DNA of 64,000 nt from Dehalococcoidia bacterium (lineage in GTDB: Bacteria > Chloroflexota > Dehalococcoidia > Lucifugimonadales > UBA1123), in NCBI GenBank assembly GCA_034420955.1, contig DAOUKV010000016.1, positions 10,119-74,118 on the forward strand, in the 5' to 3' direction. A model generated the notes under the pieces. It was not told where the DNA came from. It made no database searches and was given only the letters and a program-made list of their open reading frames with translations. Positions 1 through 9,791 of this stretch are shown piece after piece (the stretch's first letter is position 1; the number at the start of each line of letters is the position of its first letter). A program made the position numbers and the translations under genes.

Positions 1-19
1 GAGGCATTGGAGGCGCAGG

Positions 20-880
20 ATGCAGCCGGAGATGATAGCGGACTACGCATGTGAGACGGGCGAGGGGCCGTTATGGCATCCGATGGAGCGCCGCCTGTAC
101 TGGGGCGACATCCCGCGCGGGCGGCTGTTCCGCTACAACCCGTACACCCGCACCCACGAGCGATTCTACCAGGGCAGGGTAGTCGGCGGGTTCACCATCC
201 AGGCGGACGGCTCGCAACTGCTGTTCATGGACAGGGGCTCGGTGGCGATACTGCGCGACGGCGCGCTTAGCTTCGTGATAGACGAGATAGCGGCTGAGAC
301 GGACAACCGCTTCAACGACGTGATCGCGGACCCGGCCGGGCGCGTGTTCTGCGGCACGATGCCGCACCCGGACGGACGTCCGGGGACCCTGTACCGGCTG
401 GACACCGATGGCTCGTTGACTGTAGTCGTGGAAGGCGTCGAGCTGTCGAACGGCATGGGCTTCACGACGGACCTGCGCCACATGTACTACGCCGACTCGC
501 TGGCGCGCGCCATCTACCGGTTCGACTACGATGCGGCTACGGGCGAGCTATCCAACCAGACCGTGTTCGTAGAAACGCCGGATGACGGCTCGATTCCGGA
601 CGGGATGACGGTGGACGCCGAGGATCACGTATGGTCGGCGCGCTGGGACGGCTCGGCGCTCTACCGCTACGCGCCGGACGGCTCGGAGGTCGGGCGCATA
701 GACTTCCCGGCCAAGAAGGTGTCGAGCGTGATATTCGGAGGCCGCGATCTGACGGATATGTACGTTACCACGGCGGGCGGCCACGACAAGGCGAACGAAG
801 GCGCGCTGGCGGGCGCGCTGTTCCGCGTCAATGTTGGCGTTCGGGGCAAGCCGGAGTTCCTGTCGCGGGTGGGGGTCTAA
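20..880 (+). CDS. SMP-30/gluconolactonase/LRE family protein
   Basis: 286-aa ORF with GGAGG upstream of the ATG. Motifs 'GEGPLWHP', 'LYWGDI', 'SNGMGFT' and 'PDGMTVD' in repeated blade-like units are typical of the SMP-30/gluconolactonase beta-propeller family. Confidence 0.85.
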   Translation: MQPEMIADYACETGEGPLWHPMERRLYWGDIPRGRLFRYNPYTRTHERFYQGRVVGGFTIQADGSQLLFMDRGSVAILRDGALSFVIDEIAAETDNRFNDVIADPAGRVFCGTMPHPDGRPGTLYRLDTDGSLTVVVEGVELSNGMGFTTDLRHMYYADSLARAIYRFDYDAATGELSNQTVFVETPDDGSIPDGMTVDAEDHVWSARWDGSALYRYAPDGSEVGRIDFPAKKVSSVIFGGRDLTDMYVTTAGGHDKANEGALAGALFRVNVGVRGKPEFLSRVGV

Positions 881-1029
881 ACCAATCCGTATCCATTTCT
901 TTGATTGTAGTGAAACGACCTAATCCGCGCATGATGTGCGGCGATGCATGGAACTGGCTTCGAAGGTGGGTGTATTCTCTCCTGCCATTTCCCTGTTAGA
1001 TCTGTTGGTCATCGAAGAAACCGCTCAAC

Positions 1030-2643
1030 CTACCTGAGGTTCAACTCCTTGTAGCCGCTTTGGGCTACCTCTTCGCAGCGGCGTCTGAACGATGGCTGAC
1101 CGCCGGCATACATGAGGGTCATTCGGGTCTGCCTGCCTTCCAGGTTGATGTTGATGCCGGTCTGCCACGAATCTACGTCGTTCCTCAGCAGGTCCTTGCC
1201 CTGGTCCAGTACATACTGATGCCAGCTGTCTTGGGCTTCCGGGGTAGCTTCGGCGCGAGTAAGGCCGCGGTCATTCATATGCCGTATGACCCCCATCACC
1301 CAGTCCACCTGGTACTCAATGGAGCGCGGGTTGTTTCCTGCCATTGCATGGGGTCCCATAATCATAAAGAAATTGGGGAAGCCATTGGTCTGGATGCCCA
1401 GGAAGGTCGCCAGCTCTTCTTCCCACTGCTCCTTTAGTCTGCGTCCGTCGACGCCACGTATATCTATCCTGTTGTAGCTGCCGAATACCGCGTCGAATCC
1501 CGTGGCGTAGATTATGAAGTCGAATTCGAACTCTTCCTCAGTCGTCAGAACGCCTTTTGGCGTGATCCTCCGGATGGGAGTCTCACTGATGTCGATCAGT
1601 TCGACGTTCTCCTGGTTGTAGGACTCGAAGTAGTTGGTTTCCAAAGGCACCCGCTTGGTCCCAAAGCCGTGATCTTTTGGAATCAGCTTCTCAGCCACAA
1701 GCGGATCGTTCACGCGCTCCCGTATCTTGCCGGCTATGAAGTCCGAAAGGGCCTTGTTGGCTTTGGCATCGGTCAAGACATCTTTGAAATTTCCCTGCCA
1801 GATTCCGAACCCCGGACTGGCGTATAGCCGCTCCCAGAATTCGTAACGTTCTTCTTCAGTCACCTCGAAAGCGCCCCTGGGGTCAACGCTATGTATGAAT
1901 GCAGCAAAAGTCTGGGCGCAATGCTCGAACATCTCGTCATAGCCGGCTCTGATGGCTTCCATCTCATCCGGTTCTATCTTCGAGTTGTGTAGAGGGGCGC
2001 ACCACTCAGGTTTGAGCTGGAAGACGGTGAGATGTCCGACGTTCTTGGCTACTTCCTGGATTGTCTGCACTCCCGTAGCCCCGGTGCCAACGATCCCGAC
2101 CCTCTTGTCCGAGAAATCAACCGGAGTATGAGGCCAGCGAGAAGTGTGAAAGGACGGTCCCTCGAAAGACTCGATTCCATCGATTCTGGGCAGAGTAGGC
2201 TCAGAGAGGATGCCAACGCCTGTGATAAGGAACCTGCTCGTGTAGGCGCTCCCGTCCCGTAGTCCGACTTCCCAACTCCGAGTATCTTCGTCATAGACCG
2301 CAGTCTTGACGTCACTGGAAAACTGGATGTCCTTCAGAAGTTCGAACTTATCGGCTACGTATTGCAGGTATCTCAGAGTCTCAGGCTGTGGGGAGAAACG
2401 TTCGGTCCAGTCCCACTCATCGAGCAGTTCCTTCGAGAACGAATATCCGTAGGAGTAGCTTTCCGAGTCGAACCGCGCCCCCGGGTACCTGTTCCAGTAC
2501 CAGGTGCCACCTACTCCTGTCCCTCTCTCAAAGACCCGGACCGTCAGACCCAATTCCCGCAGCCTGTATAGCTGGTACATGCCCGAAATACCGGCTCCAA
2601 TCACGATTGCATCGTAATCAAGATCAGCGCTTGGAAGGGTCAT
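1030..2643 (-). CDS. Baeyer-Villiger (flavin-dependent, type I) monooxygenase
   Basis: Two Rossmann motifs (GAGISG, GTGATG), 'GGTWYWNRYPGARFDSES' and the BVMO fingerprint 'FEGPSFHTSRWP'. Start set at the internal ATG (MTLPS...); the ORF stays open up to 2688. Confidence 0.85.
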   Translation of the reverse strand: MTLPSADLDYDAIVIGAGISGMYQLYRLRELGLTVRVFERGTGVGGTWYWNRYPGARFDSESYSYGYSFSKELLDEWDWTERFSPQPETLRYLQYVADKFELLKDIQFSSDVKTAVYDEDTRSWEVGLRDGSAYTSRFLITGVGILSEPTLPRIDGIESFEGPSFHTSRWPHTPVDFSDKRVGIVGTGATGVQTIQEVAKNVGHLTVFQLKPEWCAPLHNSKIEPDEMEAIRAGYDEMFEHCAQTFAAFIHSVDPRGAFEVTEEERYEFWERLYASPGFGIWQGNFKDVLTDAKANKALSDFIAGKIRERVNDPLVAEKLIPKDHGFGTKRVPLETNYFESYNQENVELIDISETPIRRITPKGVLTTEEEFEFDFIIYATGFDAVFGSYNRIDIRGVDGRRLKEQWEEELATFLGIQTNGFPNFFMIMGPHAMAGNNPRSIEYQVDWVMGVIRHMNDRGLTRAEATPEAQDSWHQYVLDQGKDLLRNDVDSWQTGININLEGRQTRMTLMYAGGQPSFRRRCEEVAQSGYKELNLR

Positions 2644-2822
2644 ATCGCTAACTCCGCGTGGCTTAGTGACTGGAACGGATTTTACCAAAGATAGGAGGCC
2701 ATGTGTTAACCCGTGAGAATGGACAGGGCCTGGCGCCTACCGGTTCGAACGATTGCCATCGCCCGGATACCAACGTACACTATCGGCGTTTAGAATCTCG
2801 ACACGCACGACGGAGGCGCAAC

Positions 2823-3608
2823 ATGAGTGAGCTGGACGACCGCTACGAACGCGGACAGGAAACGCGGAGGATGTTTGGAGGCGGGCAGATCAGCGGCGGG
2901 TCGTCGCCGGGAGCCTGGGAGCTTGCGCCGGACCTGGAGAGAATTCTCGGCGAGGCGTTGTTCGGTGACATTTGGAGGCGGCCGGCATTGACGCCGATGC
3001 AGCGGGAGATGGTGACCCTGTCGTGCCTCATAGTCATGAACCGCGAGGTGCAGCTCAAGCGGCACCTGGGCAACGCGCTGAACGTGGGACTGACCCCCGA
3101 GCAGCTCGTGGAGCTGATCATTCACGACACCTGGTACGGGGCGGCGCCGGCGGGCATCCAGGCGCTGACGATCTGCAAGGAGGTCTTCGAGGAGCGGGGG
3201 ATAGACTTCACTCCGTCCCGCGTCCACGACACCAACGAAGACCCCGACAGCCTGTTCCAACGGGGCGAAGAGCTCAGGCAACGCTACATGGGCGCCACCT
3301 CACCGTCGAGGCCGAATCCGCCGACGCAAGCCGAGCGGGAGCTGGGCCGCATCACCGGAGAGTACTACTGGGGCGCGACCTGGACCCGACCGGGGCTCGA
3401 TCTCCCCAGCCGCTGCATCTGCACCATGGCGTGCCTTGCGGCGCTGGGCCGCGAGGGACCGCTGCGGAGTCACATTCGGGGCGCGCTGAACATCGGATTC
3501 ACGCAGGACCAGATCATCGAGGTGTTCGGCCACATGACGCTGTACGCCGGGATACCGTTCGCCCGCGGCGCAATGGACCTCGCCAACGAGATATTCGCCA
3601 GCGAGTGA
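2823..3608 (+). CDS. Carboxymuconolactone decarboxylase (CMD) family protein, two CMD repeats
   Basis: Two internally similar halves ('LTPMQREMVTLSCLIV...HLGNALNVGLTPEQLVELI' and 'LPSRCICTMACLAAL...HIRGALNIGFTQDQIIEVF'), typical of the CMD/AhpD-like fold. Start moved to ATG 2823 (MSELDD). Confidence 0.8.
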   Translation: MSELDDRYERGQETRRMFGGGQISGGSSPGAWELAPDLERILGEALFGDIWRRPALTPMQREMVTLSCLIVMNREVQLKRHLGNALNVGLTPEQLVELIIHDTWYGAAPAGIQALTICKEVFEERGIDFTPSRVHDTNEDPDSLFQRGEELRQRYMGATSPSRPNPPTQAERELGRITGEYYWGATWTRPGLDLPSRCICTMACLAALGREGPLRSHIRGALNIGFTQDQIIEVFGHMTLYAGIPFARGAMDLANEIFASE

Positions 3609-3844
3609 CGAGAGTGAACGACATTGACGATAACCCGATCGCCGACTCCCCTGCCCTGAAGGCTCAGCCGCCTGACCGTGAGTGAGCCGTCGTCCGCAAT
3701 CCCCGGGTCTCCCCGCTCACCCTGCGGTCCGGGCGGCCCGGCTTCACCGCGCTCGCCCTGCGGCCCAGGCCGGCTTCGACTGGCTTCTCAGTTATCGGGC
3801 TGCGGAGTATGACATCCTTGTCTGGAGACTTAGGGTCTGGAGAC

Positions 3845-4567
3845 TTAGGAAAGCTCAGGGAGAACCGGATTCTGGGTTGGACGTGGACGCGGACTAGACC
3901 GCCAGCCTACCGGTTCGATCACTTCCGGCCCGTCGTTGGCGACCGAGTTGACGAGCGACGACACCTCGTAGGCCTCCATCAGCTCCGACGGATATGGGAC
4001 GAGTACCGAGGACAGCGCATCGGGATCCTCGACGCCGTCATCCAGCCACAGCCTCTCGGCGTCCCTGGACAGAATGACCGGCATCCGGTGGTGTATCGGC
4101 GCGAGCGTCTCGTTTGGCGTCGTCGTGACAATCGCGCATGACGGTATGCGATTGCCGTCCTGATCGCGCCAGACCGACCACAGTCCGGCGAACGCGAACG
4201 GCTCCCGCGTCCGCATGACTATCCGCATCGGCGTCCTGGACTTTCCGACCCTTCGCCATTCGTAGAACCCGTCCGCCAGCGCCAGGCATCGGCGGCGGCG
4301 AAGGGCGGCCCTGAAAGCCGGCTTCTCGGCCACCGTCTCCGCCCTCGCGTTGATCATGCGCGCCCCGATCGAGGCGGCCTTCGCCCAGCGAGGAATCAGC
4401 CCCCAGCGCATGAAGCCCGCCCGTCTGTCCTCGCCGCCCACGACGGTTAGAATACTCTGCGTAGGCGCTATGTTGTATCGAGCGTCGAAGGTGGACCAGT
4501 CGCCGTCGAACTCGAACCGCCTGGCAAGCTCGCCGAGATCGGCGAAGAGGCTGAATCTGCCGCACAT
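3845..4567 (-). CDS. SOS response-associated peptidase (SRAP/YedK-like abasic-site processing protein)
   Basis: N-terminus 'MCGRF' gives the obligatory Cys2 of the SRAP family, and 'YNIAPTQ', 'FMRWGLIP' and 'NARAET' motifs are present. Start chosen so that Cys is residue 2. Confidence 0.85.
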   Translation of the reverse strand: MCGRFSLFADLGELARRFEFDGDWSTFDARYNIAPTQSILTVVGGEDRRAGFMRWGLIPRWAKAASIGARMINARAETVAEKPAFRAALRRRRCLALADGFYEWRRVGKSRTPMRIVMRTREPFAFAGLWSVWRDQDGNRIPSCAIVTTTPNETLAPIHHRMPVILSRDAERLWLDDGVEDPDALSSVLVPYPSELMEAYEVSSLVNSVANDGPEVIEPVGWRSSPRPRPTQNPVLPELS

Positions 4568-4702
4568 GGCTTCTCCTTCGATTGGAAGAGAACGTTGGCT
4601 CTTGCGCGCAATCGTATCCCCGCAGACCACTTCACGCAACAAGCCGCGCGCCATAAACTGATACAGGTTCGCTTGGCTATCGAGGATTCCAGTTGGCGCT
4701 CC

Positions 4703-6133
4703 CTACTTCACGAGCGGCTCCCCCACCAGACTCCAGTACGGCAGAGTGAAGAAGACTACACCGAGGGCTACGACCGTCATTACCAGGCCGAAGCGGATAA
4801 CCTCGGACGCCTTGACAGCCGCCCTCTCGAATATGAACACGCCCGAGGTAGAGCCTGCGGGGTAATACACCGGCGTGTCGCCGATTATTACTATCGCCAT
4901 TCCGCACACCAACGGGTTCAGCCCTACCGCTTCGCCCGCCGCCATCGCCACCGGAATCACCAGCGCGAGGTAGCCCGCGATATTGGGCAGCATCGCGCGG
5001 ACTACGGCGGCGGCGCAGCAGAGCGCGAGAAGAAATAGCGCCGGGTTATCGCTCAGTCCGCCAATCCACCTAACCAGGCTGCTTGAGAACCATGCGGCGG
5101 CTCCGCTGCCGACCAGCGCGTGGGCAAGCGACAGCGTAGAAGCGATGACGATGAAATTGCCCCAGCCTAGGCCCTGCTCCAAATCTCTCCAATTCAGTAC
5201 CCCGATGCCTGGCATGAGTATCAGACAGAGAGCTATCAGCGCGGGAACCGCCGGATGCAGCCCATGAGCGAAGTCCGAGAACCACATCAACGCCGTGAAC
5301 AGCGCTATGGCCCCGGCGCGTACTTCGACTGCGGTGATCGGTCCCGCTTCAAGGAACCGGGCGTCGGCATCTACTCGAACCCTGAACCCGGAACGGTAGA
5401 GTAGGAACAGCAGCGCCCCCCCGATGATCAGGCTGGCGTAGAAGGGGACACTCATCAGCGCGAACCACCTTCCCCAGGAAAAATCCCCCAACAGCCCGGA
5501 TGCAACCACCGGGGTGACTCCACCCGCCAGCAGCGCAGTGGACCCCAGCCGATTCAGCGAGCCAAGCGCCATCATCACCGCCTTATGGAAGGAGTGGTCC
5601 TGTGAGACGCCCCACCTATCCATCACCTGCTCATAGATGTGCACCAGGATGGCGCCCCGTGTGCTGGCAGACGGAAGAGCGAACGTCAATACGGCGAAAG
5701 AGAAGAGCATCTGAACGTACAAAAGAAGCGGACTGCCCCCGGCGCCGCGCATCAGCAGAATAGACACCCGCTCGGCCAGTCCTGAGCGGTGTACCGCCAA
5801 ACCCAGGGTCAGGATTCCGATGAGAAAGTAGGCCACCGGCTGGGAGAATCCGTAAAGGGCCGCTCCGACATCCGACACGCCACCGACCAGTATCAGCAGC
5901 ACGATGCCGACGATCCCTGTGACCGCGATGTGCAGCGCCTCCGTGGCCCAGAGGATGACGGCCAGGCACATCACCGCCAGCGCAGCCTGGCCCTGCGGCG
6001 TCAGCCCTGACGGGGTGGGCAGCGACATAAGCGCAACGAAGACCAAAGCGGGCGCCAAGACCTTCAGAGCAGTCGTAACCGCCCTTTTCATCCGGCGCGC
6101 GTCAGATTCAGGCGGAAGAGGACTGGATGACAT
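4703..6133 (-). CDS. DASS/SLC13-type anion (di/tricarboxylate or sulfate) permease
   Basis: 476-aa polytopic membrane protein with two-fold repeat architecture and 'PSASTRG'-type hairpin motifs characteristic of the ArsB/NhaD-DASS superfamily. Confidence 0.7.
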   Translation of the reverse strand: MSSSPLPPESDARRMKRAVTTALKVLAPALVFVALMSLPTPSGLTPQGQAALAVMCLAVILWATEALHIAVTGIVGIVLLILVGGVSDVGAALYGFSQPVAYFLIGILTLGLAVHRSGLAERVSILLMRGAGGSPLLLYVQMLFSFAVLTFALPSASTRGAILVHIYEQVMDRWGVSQDHSFHKAVMMALGSLNRLGSTALLAGGVTPVVASGLLGDFSWGRWFALMSVPFYASLIIGGALLFLLYRSGFRVRVDADARFLEAGPITAVEVRAGAIALFTALMWFSDFAHGLHPAVPALIALCLILMPGIGVLNWRDLEQGLGWGNFIVIASTLSLAHALVGSGAAAWFSSSLVRWIGGLSDNPALFLLALCCAAAVVRAMLPNIAGYLALVIPVAMAAGEAVGLNPLVCGMAIVIIGDTPVYYPAGSTSGVFIFERAAVKASEVIRFGLVMTVVALGVVFFTLPYWSLVGEPLVK

Positions 6134-6227
6134 TCTGGATAGAAACCTAGCGCTCCAACATTATTGAAATGGAGACCTTGACAGTCTTTTTGAGTGTTCA
6201 GTCATAGGGGTGAACCGAGGAGGAAGC

Positions 6228-6320
6228 ATGACATCTACCAAGAAGTACCGTATCAGACTGACAACCGACGAACAACGGGAACTCAAAGCGCTGGTATCGC
6301 GCGGTCGGAGCGCCGCGTCC
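6228..6320 (+). pseudogene. Relic of an IS630-family transposase N-terminus (HTH region only)
   Basis: GAGGAGG-preceded ATG encodes 'MTSTKKYRIRLTTDEQRELKALVSRGRSAAS'. This matches the very conserved IS630 N-terminal 'KKYxVxLTxEERxxLxxLxxKGKxxA' pattern. Similarity is lost after ~30 codons and no DDE domain follows. Confidence 0.3.
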
Positions 6321-6417
6321 CATTTCTTGACAATGCGAAGCTGCCGTTGCTACGATTTGCACGCCCATATCCGCGCCCGTCCAGCCCATTCTGGCGGGCT
6401 ATTGGAGGACTGCCGAG

Positions 6418-7641
6418 TTGTCCCACGTAAAGTGTCTGCGTTGCCGCGGGTGCGAAAGGGAATACCCTATCGAGGCCCTGAACGCTTGCGACTTCTGCTT
6501 TGGCCCGCTGGAGGTAGAGTATGACTACCCCAGCATATCCAGGGCAGTGAGCCGCGAGAGTATCTCCGAAGGTCCGCTCACCATGTGGCGCTACCACGAT
6601 TTCCTGCCCGTAGAGGCGGACCGCGCGCTGGACATGGGGACGGGGCTGACGCCGCTGATCCACGCCAAGAACCTGGGGCGGCGGCTGGGCCTGGAGAACC
6701 TGTACATAAAGAACGACAGCGTGAATCCGACGTTTTCGTTCAAGGACCGCGTGGTATCGGTCGCCGCCGCCAAGGCGCTGGAGTTCGAGTTCGACACGCT
6801 GGCTTGCGCCTCGACGGGCAACCTGATGGGTTCGGTCGCCGCGCACGGCGCGAAGGCGGGCGTGCCGACGATGGTGTTCTTCCCCGCGAATCTGGAAAAG
6901 GGCAAGGTGCTGGGCGCGGGCATCTACGGCGCGACGCTGATAGCCGTGGACGGCACCTACGACCAGGTCAATCGTCTGTGCAGCGAGCTTGCCGACAACC
7001 ATCGCTGGGCGTTCGTGAACGTCAATATGCGTCCGTACTACGCCGAGGGCAGCAAGACGCTGGGCTACGAGGTGGCCGAGCAGCTGGACTGGCAGGCGCC
7101 CGATCACTGCATCGTGCCGGGCGCGTCGGGCGAGCTGTTCACCAAGATCCACAAGGGCCTGACCGAGATGGCGGACGTGGGGCTGATAGACGACGTTGAT
7201 ACCCATATGCACATCGCGCAGGCCGAGGGGTGCGCGCCCATCGTCAACGCCTATGACAGGGGCGACGACCAGGTGCTGCCTGTGCGACCGGACACTATCG
7301 CAAAGTCGCTCGCCATCGGCAACCCGGCAGCCGGCCCGTTCGCGCTCAGGACGATCAAGGAGTCGGACGGCTCCGGCGTGATCGCGTTCGAGAACGAGGT
7401 GGTGGAAGGCATCAAGCTGCTGGCGGAGACGGAAGGCATCTTCACTGAGACTGCGGGCGGCGTGGTCATCTCAGGACTGAAGCGGTTGATCGAACGCGGG
7501 CTGATAGGCTCGGAGGACGTAACCGTCGCCTACATCACCGGCAACGGGCTGAAGACGCTGGAAGTGGTCGAGCCCGTTGTGGATACGGTGCAGATAGCGC
7601 CGACCTACGATTCGTTCGAAGAGGCTATGGCGGCGCGGTAA
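6418..7641 (+). CDS. Threonine synthase family PLP enzyme with N-terminal zinc ribbon (ThrC or MetM-like)
   Basis: TTG start 9 nt after GGAGGA. N-terminal CxxC...CxxC ribbon, PLP-lysine motif 'NPTFSFKDR', and ThrC-type fold motifs throughout. Confidence 0.85.
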   Translation: MSHVKCLRCRGCEREYPIEALNACDFCFGPLEVEYDYPSISRAVSRESISEGPLTMWRYHDFLPVEADRALDMGTGLTPLIHAKNLGRRLGLENLYIKNDSVNPTFSFKDRVVSVAAAKALEFEFDTLACASTGNLMGSVAAHGAKAGVPTMVFFPANLEKGKVLGAGIYGATLIAVDGTYDQVNRLCSELADNHRWAFVNVNMRPYYAEGSKTLGYEVAEQLDWQAPDHCIVPGASGELFTKIHKGLTEMADVGLIDDVDTHMHIAQAEGCAPIVNAYDRGDDQVLPVRPDTIAKSLAIGNPAAGPFALRTIKESDGSGVIAFENEVVEGIKLLAETEGIFTETAGGVVISGLKRLIERGLIGSEDVTVAYITGNGLKTLEVVEPVVDTVQIAPTYDSFEEAMAAR

Positions 7642-7731
7642 CGGCGCAAGCCACGGGGGCGCGGGCAACACACAAGGGTTGCCCCTACGATGCGTCCGAG
7701 AAGACTAAGACCAACACGGAAGGAGCGTCCG

Positions 7732-7974
7732 ATGGCTAGAAGGCGCGTAAAGTTCACCTTCCCGACAGATCTGATTACGGAACCGATAATCTACGAGCTT
7801 GGGCACCGCTTCAAGGTGGTAACCAACATTCGCCGCGCAGACGTCCGCGAGAAGGTGGGCTGGGTGGTGCTGGAGTTGGAAGGCTCGGAGGATGAGGTCG
7901 CCAACGGCCTCGAGTGGGTCGCCAGCGCCGGAGTCCGCGTGGACCCGGTGAGCGGCGACGTGATAGAGGGCTAA
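7732..7974 (+). CDS. NIL domain-containing small protein
   Basis: 80 aa with a GGAAGGAG Shine-Dalgarno. 'VKFTFPTDLITEPIIYELGHRFKVVTNIRRADV...GWVVLELEG' resembles the NIL domain found at the MetN C-terminus and in sulfur-metabolism clusters. Confidence 0.7.
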   Translation: MARRRVKFTFPTDLITEPIIYELGHRFKVVTNIRRADVREKVGWVVLELEGSEDEVANGLEWVASAGVRVDPVSGDVIEG

Positions 7975-8043
7975 CGAAAGCGCGGACGCTCGACGCCCGG
8001 CGCGGCAGACACGACCGCCACACACAACCGGAGGAATCAACGC

Positions 8044-8322
8044 ATGGCTACAACCGTTAGGATACCTACCCCGCTGCGCCGAGTAACCGGCGGCCAGGAC
8101 AAGGTCAACGCCGAGGGCGAAACCCTCGCGCAGATCATAGACTCGATGGAGAGCCAGTACCCGGGCATCAAAGAGCGTATCTGCGACCCTGACGGCAGCC
8201 TGCGAAACTTCGTAAACGTCTTCGTCAACGGCGAGGACGTGCGCTTTCTGGACGGGGTGGATTCGGGCGTCGGAGACGGCGACGAGGTGAGCATCGTCCC
8301 GGCGGTCGCCGGAGGCCGCTAG
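8044..8322 (+). CDS. MoaD/ThiS-family ubiquitin-like sulfur carrier protein
   Basis: 92 aa with a GGAGGA Shine-Dalgarno. 'FVNVFVNGEDV' and 'GDEVSIVPAVAGG-R*' give a beta-grasp carrier pattern ending in Gly-Gly plus one extra Arg. Confidence 0.75.
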   Translation: MATTVRIPTPLRRVTGGQDKVNAEGETLAQIIDSMESQYPGIKERICDPDGSLRNFVNVFVNGEDVRFLDGVDSGVGDGDEVSIVPAVAGGR

Positions 8323-8434
8323 CGCCGGCGACTCCCCAGATACGACCAAAGGCGCAGAGTCGCAAAGAATGTGGCGCGGATCATAGCGTCTTCGCGCTAA
8401 TCCACATTGTACCCGCGCCGGAAATCCCTACGGG

Positions 8435-9190
8435 TTAGAACGAGGTGTAGCCGCCGTCCACGGGCAGGGACACGCCGGTTACGTAGTCCGACGCGGCACT
8501 TGCCAGAAAGACCGCCGCGCCACCCATCTCGTCCGGCTCGCCCCAGCGGCCATGAGGGATGCGCGAGCGTATGTACTCGTACCGCTCGGTGAACGTGTCG
8601 CGTATGGGCGCGGTCAGGTCGGTGTGAATCCAGCCGGGCAGGATGGCGTTGACTTGTATGTTGTCGCTCGCCCACGCCACCGCCAGGCTCTTGGTCAGCT
8701 GCACCACGCCGCCCTTGCTGGCGGAGTACGACGCCACCCAATCGGAACCGAACACGGACGTCATGGAGCCGATGTTGATTATCTTGCCTCCGCCGGCCTC
8801 CTTCATGTGAGGGTACGCCTCGCGGGAGCAGAGGAACGTTCCGTCCAGGTTGATCGCCACCACTTGGCGCCACTCGTCCATCGTATAGTCCTGCGGCGGT
8901 TTGCGGATGCCGATGCCGGCGTTGTTGACCAGAATGTCCATGCCGCCCATCCGGTCGGCGGCAGCCTGCACCGCGGCTACGACCGACTCCTCATCGGCCA
9001 CGTCTATATCCAGGCCGAACGACGCGACGCCCATGCCGCCAATCTCGGCGACGGCGGCGTCCGTCTTCTCGCGGTTGCGAGCGGCAATCGCCACGGACGC
9101 GCCCGCGCCCGCCAACCCGCGCGCGATGCCGAGTCCGATGCCGCCGTTGCCGCCGGTTACGAGCGCGCGCTTGCCTGTGAGATCGAACAT
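8435..9190 (-). CDS. SDR family oxidoreductase
   Basis: 'TGGNGGIGLG' cofactor motif, 'NNAG', and the catalytic 'YSASKGG' (YxxxK). Confidence 0.85.
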   Translation of the reverse strand: MFDLTGKRALVTGGNGGIGLGIARGLAGAGASVAIAARNREKTDAAVAEIGGMGVASFGLDIDVADEESVVAAVQAAADRMGGMDILVNNAGIGIRKPPQDYTMDEWRQVVAINLDGTFLCSREAYPHMKEAGGGKIINIGSMTSVFGSDWVASYSASKGGVVQLTKSLAVAWASDNIQVNAILPGWIHTDLTAPIRDTFTERYEYIRSRIPHGRWGEPDEMGGAAVFLASAASDYVTGVSLPVDGGYTSF

Positions 9191-9254
9191 ACGAGAACCT
9201 CCTTAAGTAGAGAAGAGAAATGAAGAGACAGGCAAGTGAGGAGCTGGCGGCCGG

Positions 9255-9623
9255 CTACGCCGCCGCCACCTTTCGCGCCGGACCGTTGGGCCTGTGCTCG
9301 TCCAGAATCGCCGCCGTCTCCTGCGCGTGCTTGACGCCCGCCTGCCGCTGCTTGGCGAGCAGGTCTAGCGCAAACTCGGACAGCTTCGGCTTCACCCGCA
9401 GGTTTTCGGGAATGTATCGCATACACCGCCGCATCATCACCTGCGCGGGACGAGACGTTCGCTCGCTGCACCCGTAGGCGTACACGCACATATACGCGAT
9501 GCACTTCGTCGTCTCGCGGTAAATCGGGGGAACGCGACTGGACGATGGAGCCATCCGCGTACTCAGGAACTCATCCAGCGCCTTGTCCAACTGCCTCGGC
9601 ATAGGGCTGCCAACTCTACGCAT
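9255..9623 (-). CDS. Hypothetical Cys-rich protein
   Basis: 122-aa ORF with an ATG start and strong third-position GC bias in this frame. No recognisable domain. Confidence 0.45.
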   Translation of the reverse strand: MRRVGSPMPRQLDKALDEFLSTRMAPSSSRVPPIYRETTKCIAYMCVYAYGCSERTSRPAQVMMRRCMRYIPENLRVKPKLSEFALDLLAKQRQAGVKHAQETAAILDEHRPNGPARKVAAA

Positions 9624-9791
9624 CCGTCAACCTCGCCTAGAACGGAATTACTTGACATAATCTAGTATTTTTCCGAAAAGGGCGCAAGGCGCGGACAATC
9701 ATCAGCCAAGCCGATTTCGCATTTGCGCGCCCAAATCGCCTAGAATACACAGGCGCACGGACACGACCGAATCAGACAGGAACGCCGATAT

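Noticed and set aside
3821-3849. Tandem duplication of TCTGGAGACTTAGG at the SRAP gene stop
   Set aside because: There are only two 14-15-nt copies and no associated structure or gene. It is most likely a slippage duplication without demonstrable function.
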